A stretch of DNA of 26,798 bases from Nitrosomonas europaea (GTDB taxonomy: Bacteria > Pseudomonadota > Gammaproteobacteria > Burkholderiales > Nitrosomonadaceae). The notes beneath the pieces were generated by a model, which worked only from the letters and a program-made list of their open reading frames with translations, did not search any database and had not been told where the DNA came from. Of this stretch, positions 26,499 to 26,798 are shown piece by piece (the stretch's first letter is position 1; each line of letters opens with the position of its first letter). Both the position numbers and the translations under genes were made by a program. The DNA is taken from assembly GCF_900167395.1 (NCBI RefSeq), contig NZ_FUWK01000036.1, forward strand, positions 1 through 26,798, read 5' to 3'.

Positions 26499-26798
26499 TG
26501 TTTGGTCCCGCATTGTGATGGTGTATTGTATGATTTGCTACCGACACAGGAGGAATTATGGGACAGATATTACACGGGAGCGCCCGCACGACAGCGGCGG
26601 TGCGTCGAGCGATACAACATAGTGAAGAGAGCCTGAATGTGCTGGCCAGGCGCTACGCCATCAATCCCAAGACGGTGGCGAAATGGAAGAAGCGCAACTT
26701 TACGCACGATGCCAGGATGGGTCCGAAAGAGCCGCGTTCCACGGTTCTGACACCAGAGCAGGAAGCCGCTTGCGTAGCCTTCCGCAAACATACGCTGC
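26499..26798 (+). mobile_element. Left end of an IS481-family-like insertion sequence (continues beyond the window)
   Basis: The start is TGT (26499-26501), immediately after GCTAGT, which contains CTAG at 26494-26497. A 59-nt leader with an AGGAGGAA Shine-Dalgarno sequence follows, then the transposase ATG at 26558. A TGT terminus and CTAG target preference are what I recall for IS481-type elements. Confidence 0.6.
26558..26798 (+). CDS. IS481-family-like transposase, N-terminal HTH part (open at the window end; not in the ORF track because it has no stop)
   Basis: Manual translation gives MGQILHGSARTTAAVRRAIQHSEESLNVLARRYAINPKTVAKWKKRNFTHDARMGPKEPRSTVLTPEQEAACVAFRKHTL.. The pattern (..HG.A.TT...R..IQ.S.ES...LA.RY.INPKTV.KW.KR....D...GPK.P.STVL...E) is the characteristic N-terminus of IS481-family transposases. 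Confidence 0.75.
   Translation, partial: MGQILHGSARTTAAVRRAIQHSEESLNVLARRYAINPKTVAKWKKRNFTHDARMGPKEPRSTVLTPEQEAACVAFRKHTL

Noticed and set aside
1-26798. IS elements at both window ends forming a composite transposon that carries the whole region
   Set aside because: The two ends belong to different IS families (IS982-like and IS481-like). The interior includes core flagellar genes. Independent insertions are far more likely.
1-26798. CRISPR arrays, tandem repeat arrays, tRNA or rRNA genes
   Set aside because: Intergenic spaces are short and I saw no spaced direct repeats or cloverleaf-like segments by eye. A computational scan (tRNAscan-SE, a CRISPR finder or a repeat finder) would be needed to exclude small elements formally.

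Overview
Proteobacterial chromosomal window, probably beta- or gammaproteobacterial; the taxon is inferred from gene content only. No homology search was run, so all family calls rest on motifs read by eye from the ORF translations. The window is bounded by fragments of two unrelated IS elements: an IS982-like transposase 3' end at the left and an IS481-like 5' end at the right.

Left arm (minus strand): DUF2231 membrane protein, PQQ-type sugar dehydrogenase lipoprotein, and a TonB-dependent receptor carrying an in-frame TAG.

Centre (about 4.4-15.1 kb, flanked by AT-richer non-coding DNA): six co-directional, tightly packed or overlapping genes.
- hsdR
- a KilA-N domain gene
- hsdM
- hsdS, with an unusual C-terminal extension of about 150 aa
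- a 610-aa ABC/SMC-type ATPase
- a 353-aa protein with an HNH nuclease core

The ATPase and HNH genes overlap the preceding stop codons (ATGA after hsdS, TGATG between the pair). They are the best candidate for an undescribed or poorly described defence module riding on a type I R-M operon. The architecture is Septu-like but atypical.

Right arm:
- a yybP-ykoY (Mn2+) riboswitch in front of a GDT1/UPF0016 transporter
- an MFS transporter
- an ordinary flagellar block on the minus strand (fliA, flhG, flhF, flhA, flhB)
- a Fur-box-preceded FecI/FecR/FecA-type iron-signalling cassette, whose receptor is cut by the IS481-like element at a CTAG site

I saw no CRISPR array, tRNA or rRNA.
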